Positions 34,367-36,789 of a stretch of 36,789 bases of DNA are shown here, piece by piece. Below the pieces are notes generated by a model, which was not told the DNA's origin, made no database searches, and was given only the letters and a program-made list of their open reading frames with translations. A program made the position numbers and the translations under genes. This DNA comes from a virus (Duplodnaviria > Caudoviricetes): positions 1 to 36,789 of the IMG/VR virus record IMGVR_UViG_3300020165_002742. One strand, 5' to 3'. Position 1 is the first letter of the stretch. Every line of letters begins with the position of its first letter.

Positions 34367-34540
34367 TTAAACATGTTTACTATATAGCCCCTCTATAACA
34401 GGTACAGCTATTAACTGTATACATTTAAGAGAGTGATTATAAACTGTATAGTTATCCTTATCCTTATCCACTACAATGCAATAAGCACGTGGACGATGTG
34501 ATATGTTCTTTCTTTTTATTAACTCTCCAGCCTTAAACAT
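34367..34540 (-). CDS. 57-aa KOW/SH3-like paralogue (not in ORF track)
   Basis: MFKAGELIKRK...YCIVVDK...YTVY; TAATG coupling. Confidence 0.65.
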   Translation of the reverse strand: MFKAGELIKRKNISHRPRAYCIVVDKDKDNYTVYNHSLKCIQLIAVPVIEGLYSKHV

Positions 34541-34719
34541 TACAGTTCTACACCTTTCCTTTTATATCTATTCTCGTTTGTTCTCACGGGGATAGGTTCA
34601 AGTTTATACTGTACCTCCAGCACCGTGCGAATACCGCGAATCTCTTTAGCAATCTCATGCATTGCCAGCAGGAAGACAGCAGCGAGAAAGCTACCACCTG
34701 TATATACTAAGATTTCCAC
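34540..34719 (-). CDS. 59-aa single-TM peptide (not in ORF track)
   Basis: GTG start coupled to the upstream TAG, GGAGG RBS. Confidence 0.6.
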   Translation of the reverse strand: MEILVYTGGSFLAAVFLLAMHEIAKEIRGIRTVLEVQYKLEPIPVRTNENRYKRKGVEL

Positions 34720-35015
34720 TAATCACCTCCATTGTTTTGTGTTAGTTCATCATCAGCTTGTTTAGCCATTTTCGCCATATCAGCCGCAGTTAAACGAGAT
34801 TCTTTATGTCTCTTATTCTGCGCTCTCATCAGTTTATTGTACCGCTTTTTCTCATACTTGATCACGTGCAGGTTTTTTATACCCAGCGCGCTATACCTGC
34901 GTTTACCCTCGATAGCAGCAAGCTGATCGCTCGGCTTCGTTAGTATTGTCTCAGTTAGATCGAGTTTGCCGGATGTACAGCTAATAACGGTTTTTGTGAT
35001 ATAGTATTTTGCCAT
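34719..35015 (-). CDS. Basic hypothetical protein
   Basis: ORF coupled to the downstream gene. Confidence 0.65.
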   Translation of the reverse strand: MAKYYITKTVISCTSGKLDLTETILTKPSDQLAAIEGKRRYSALGIKNLHVIKYEKKRYNKLMRAQNKRHKESRLTAADMAKMAKQADDELTQNNGGD

Positions 35016-35270
35016 AATAAAATAGGGGTTCTCTGTTTATGCTCGCAGCCCATTCGAGTGTGTTGGTTGTTATGGGGGTCGGCTAAATCCCTTATAGCCG
35101 TTAGTACAGGAATGTCATTATCTTTGACCTCGGCGTGCTTCGCCTCCGTTGTTGATTGATCTACTCTGCGACATATACAAGCCCGTCGCAGCACTCGGCA
35201 CTATGGAGTTGGGGGTTTTCATTTTCTTTACTTTGCCTCTCGCGCTTTGCGCTTTACGGGTTAGGTGTGA

Positions 35271-35360
35271 TTATAGGATAGCTTCGCCGATTGCGATACC
35301 AAGCCCAAAGGCAAGGAGCAAGAGCGGACTAAAAAAGAGGATTCCAAGAAAGTCGTTCAT
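35271..35360 (-). CDS. 29-aa hydrophobic peptide
   Basis: MNDFLGILFFSPLLLLAFGLGIAIGEAIL directly after the upstream stop. Confidence 0.55.
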   Translation of the reverse strand: MNDFLGILFFSPLLLLAFGLGIAIGEAIL

Positions 35361-35762
35361 TTAGATGCCCTCGCCAGCAGCGAGAGCAACAAGATCAGCC
35401 TTTTCTTCGTCGCTCAAATGTTCCTTGGCTTTGTTGCGGAGGCTGGCCGCGCTCATCTTGGTGGGATTCTTATGCTCACCGTTACAGCCATCAGCAAAAG
35501 ACTGCGCGCCTTCTGGAGTGTTGTAGTCAATGACGGCTTGCTTGCCCTGTGTTGTGGAGTTGCGGAAGACGCGCCACATTTGAGGACCGACTTGCTCTAC
35601 AGTCCAACCGGTGAGTTGGCGACGAGTTGGTGGTGCTGGCAGTGGCTTGTACGCTTTCTTGCGGCTTGATGTGATCTCGATGTTGTTAATCATTGGATCT
35701 TGACGATACCGGAAGTTGTCGTTTGAGTCTGTGAGTTGATCGAGGCTAAATGATGTTGGCAT
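35361..35762 (-). CDS. Early hypothetical protein
   Basis: TAAGGAGA RBS, cassette promoter. Confidence 0.8.
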   Translation of the reverse strand: MPTSFSLDQLTDSNDNFRYRQDPMINNIEITSSRKKAYKPLPAPPTRRQLTGWTVEQVGPQMWRVFRNSTTQGKQAVIDYNTPEGAQSFADGCNGEHKNPTKMSAASLRNKAKEHLSDEEKADLVALAAGEGI

Positions 35763-35790
35763 TGATATATCTCCTTACTTGATATACTAT

Positions 35791-35845
35791 ATTATACACT
35801 AAAAATGGGGGAAAGTCAACAACTAAGTTGTCAAGAGAATGTCAG
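35791..35845 (-). promoter_or_regulatory. Early promoter cassette, copy 1
   Basis: CTGACA-N5-TTGACA-N9-TTGACT-N17-TATAAT. Confidence 0.88.
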
Positions 35846-35848
35846 GGA

Positions 35849-36031
35849 CTAGTCAATAGACTCAACACTGCAAGTATCTTCATCACCTACATTCTCAATG
35901 ATGTTGCCATCCCAATCCTCATCCTCTTCAATCTCTTCAACAAGTTGCTTCTGGAACTCAATCAGGCGATCAAGTAGTTCCGAGGCGTCTGCGTTGCGAG
36001 CGGTAATATCAAATGTCAGGCGGTATGTCAT
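35849..36031 (-). CDS. Early, very acidic 60-aa protein
   Basis: AAGGA RBS, cassette promoter; EEIEEDED tract. Confidence 0.75.
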   Translation of the reverse strand: MTYRLTFDITARNADASELLDRLIEFQKQLVEEIEEDEDWDGNIIENVGDEDTCSVESID

Positions 36032-36047
36032 GGTCTTCTTTCCTTGT

Positions 36048-36113
36048 TTGGTATAACCATTATACCAGAAATAGAGGGCTAAGTCAACAACTAAGTTGTC
36101 AAGTGAATGTCAG
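36048..36113 (-). promoter_or_regulatory. Early promoter cassette, copy 2
   Basis: Same geometry; palindrome TGGTATAA-cca-TTATACCA over the -10. Confidence 0.88.
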
Positions 36114-36231
36114 GGAATGGTCATCGACAAGAGGATAAGAGAGTAGAGCATCAGAGCATTGACCTTGATCATTGTCCGGCAAAACTCAGTCGATACCAAG
36201 TGTGTGCGGATCGGTCCCAGCTTTTTCAGTT

Positions 36232-36453
36232 TTAGTCGTTGCATGGTGGATGCCCCCAGTTGTTCACTTGCCAATCGCTGATCTGCCCATCGGAACACAA
36301 GCTATCGGTCCAGTTATTCCAAGCCTCGCAGCGTGCGGGCATGTCAGGAATACCGTCCTGCTCAAACTGCTCTTGGATCATCGGAAGGATCTCGGTGGTG
36401 AAGGTTTCGCATGCGTCGGCGAAAAGTATAACGGTGTCGATTTGTGAAGCCAT
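36232..36453 (-). CDS. Early acidic, Trp-rich 73-aa protein
   Basis: Start MASQID after TAAGGAGA; EAWNNWTDSLC.DGQI..WQ..NW. Confidence 0.78.
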   Translation of the reverse strand: MASQIDTVILFADACETFTTEILPMIQEQFEQDGIPDMPARCEAWNNWTDSLCSDGQISDWQVNNWGHPPCND

Positions 36454-36467
36454 GTATTTCTCCTTAC

Positions 36468-36533
36468 TTGGTATAACCATTATACCAAAAATGTGGGGGT
36501 AAGTCAACAACTAAGTTGTCAAGTGAATGTCAG
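36468..36533 (-). promoter_or_regulatory. Early promoter cassette, copy 3
   Basis: Same geometry; 9-bp palindrome TTGGTATAA-cca-TTATACCAA. Confidence 0.88.
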
Positions 36534-36535
36534 AG

Positions 36536-36709
36536 CTAACTGACTTGTTTGATATTCAGGAAGTCAGTGATAGCGTTAGTTGGGACTGACGGATCACGGA
36601 GAAAAATAGCTTCAGCTTCCTCTTTTGAGCCAGCGCGGACGATCCGAGTTTGGCGTGGTCGCATCGCTTCGCGAAGGTGGAAGGTGATGCGGAAGGTTTT
36701 GAGTGGCAT
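36536..36709 (-). CDS. Early 57-aa protein (not in ORF track)
   Basis: AAGGAGA RBS; MPLKTFRITFHLREAMRPRQTRIVRAGSKEEAEAIF...; stop abuts cassette copy 3. Confidence 0.75.
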   Translation of the reverse strand: MPLKTFRITFHLREAMRPRQTRIVRAGSKEEAEAIFLRDPSVPTNAITDFLNIKQVS

Positions 36710-36734
36710 AGATTTCTCTCCTTTCTATACATAT

Positions 36735-36788
36735 AATATAACCCGTTGAGAGGTAAAAGCAAGGAAGATCGTGTCAAGGAAATGTCAA
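36735..36788 (-). promoter_or_regulatory. Divergent early promoter cassette
   Basis: TTGACA-N5-TTGACA-N9-TTGCTT-N16-TATATT. Confidence 0.65.
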
Positions 36789-36789
36789 G

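Noticed and set aside
35814-36533. CRISPR array
   Set aside because: The repeats are 268 and 420 bp apart, contain promoter elements and flank ORFs
1464-36749. Plus-strand ORFs in the track
   Set aside because: They are antisense shadows of minus-strand genes or overlap regulatory repeats, with no recognisable motifs
36556-36777. 73-aa minus ORF in the track
   Set aside because: Wrong frame; the RBS supports 36536-36709 instead
1-36789. Stop-codon reassignment
   Set aside because: Known families are full length in code 11, and TAA, TAG and TGA all end genes

Overview
Fragment of a large, AT-rich, T4-like or jumbo tailed-phage genome. Essentially all credible genes are on the minus strand, and the host is probably Myxococcota or Bdellovibrionota (inferred from a CglF/GltF homologue and myxobacterial-style VWA and TlpA lipoproteins). 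Left (1-8.2 kb): sugar-modification cluster (TPP-dependent E1 alpha/beta pair, B12-radical SAM, NDP-sugar epimerase, Mpo1/DUF962, three glycosyltransferases). 8.2-16.9 kb: Cas4/RecB-like nuclease, HExxH peptidase, PIN-PhoH, UvsE, HNH, cytidylyltransferase, tRNA-Asn, a non-canonical class-II tRNA with a GTT anticodon, a full tmRNA whose 5' end contains the stop codon of the upstream gene, TlpA and a Fis-like HTH with a repeat-rich leader. 16.9-33.5 kb: probable late or head-packaged proteins sharing an MKLLxENWxxYLxE-type leader and an ACTATTTA upstream motif, envelope-targeted proteins (CglF, VWA lipoprotein, trypsin-like protease) and about ten small KOW/SH3-like paralogues. 33.5 kb-end: a non-coding boundary (hairpin, G-tract, phased TGTCAA dimers), then an early region of one-gene cassettes, each with a conserved TGACA-N5-TTGACA box, sigma70 promoter and RBS. 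All calls come from reading the sequence; no searches were run.
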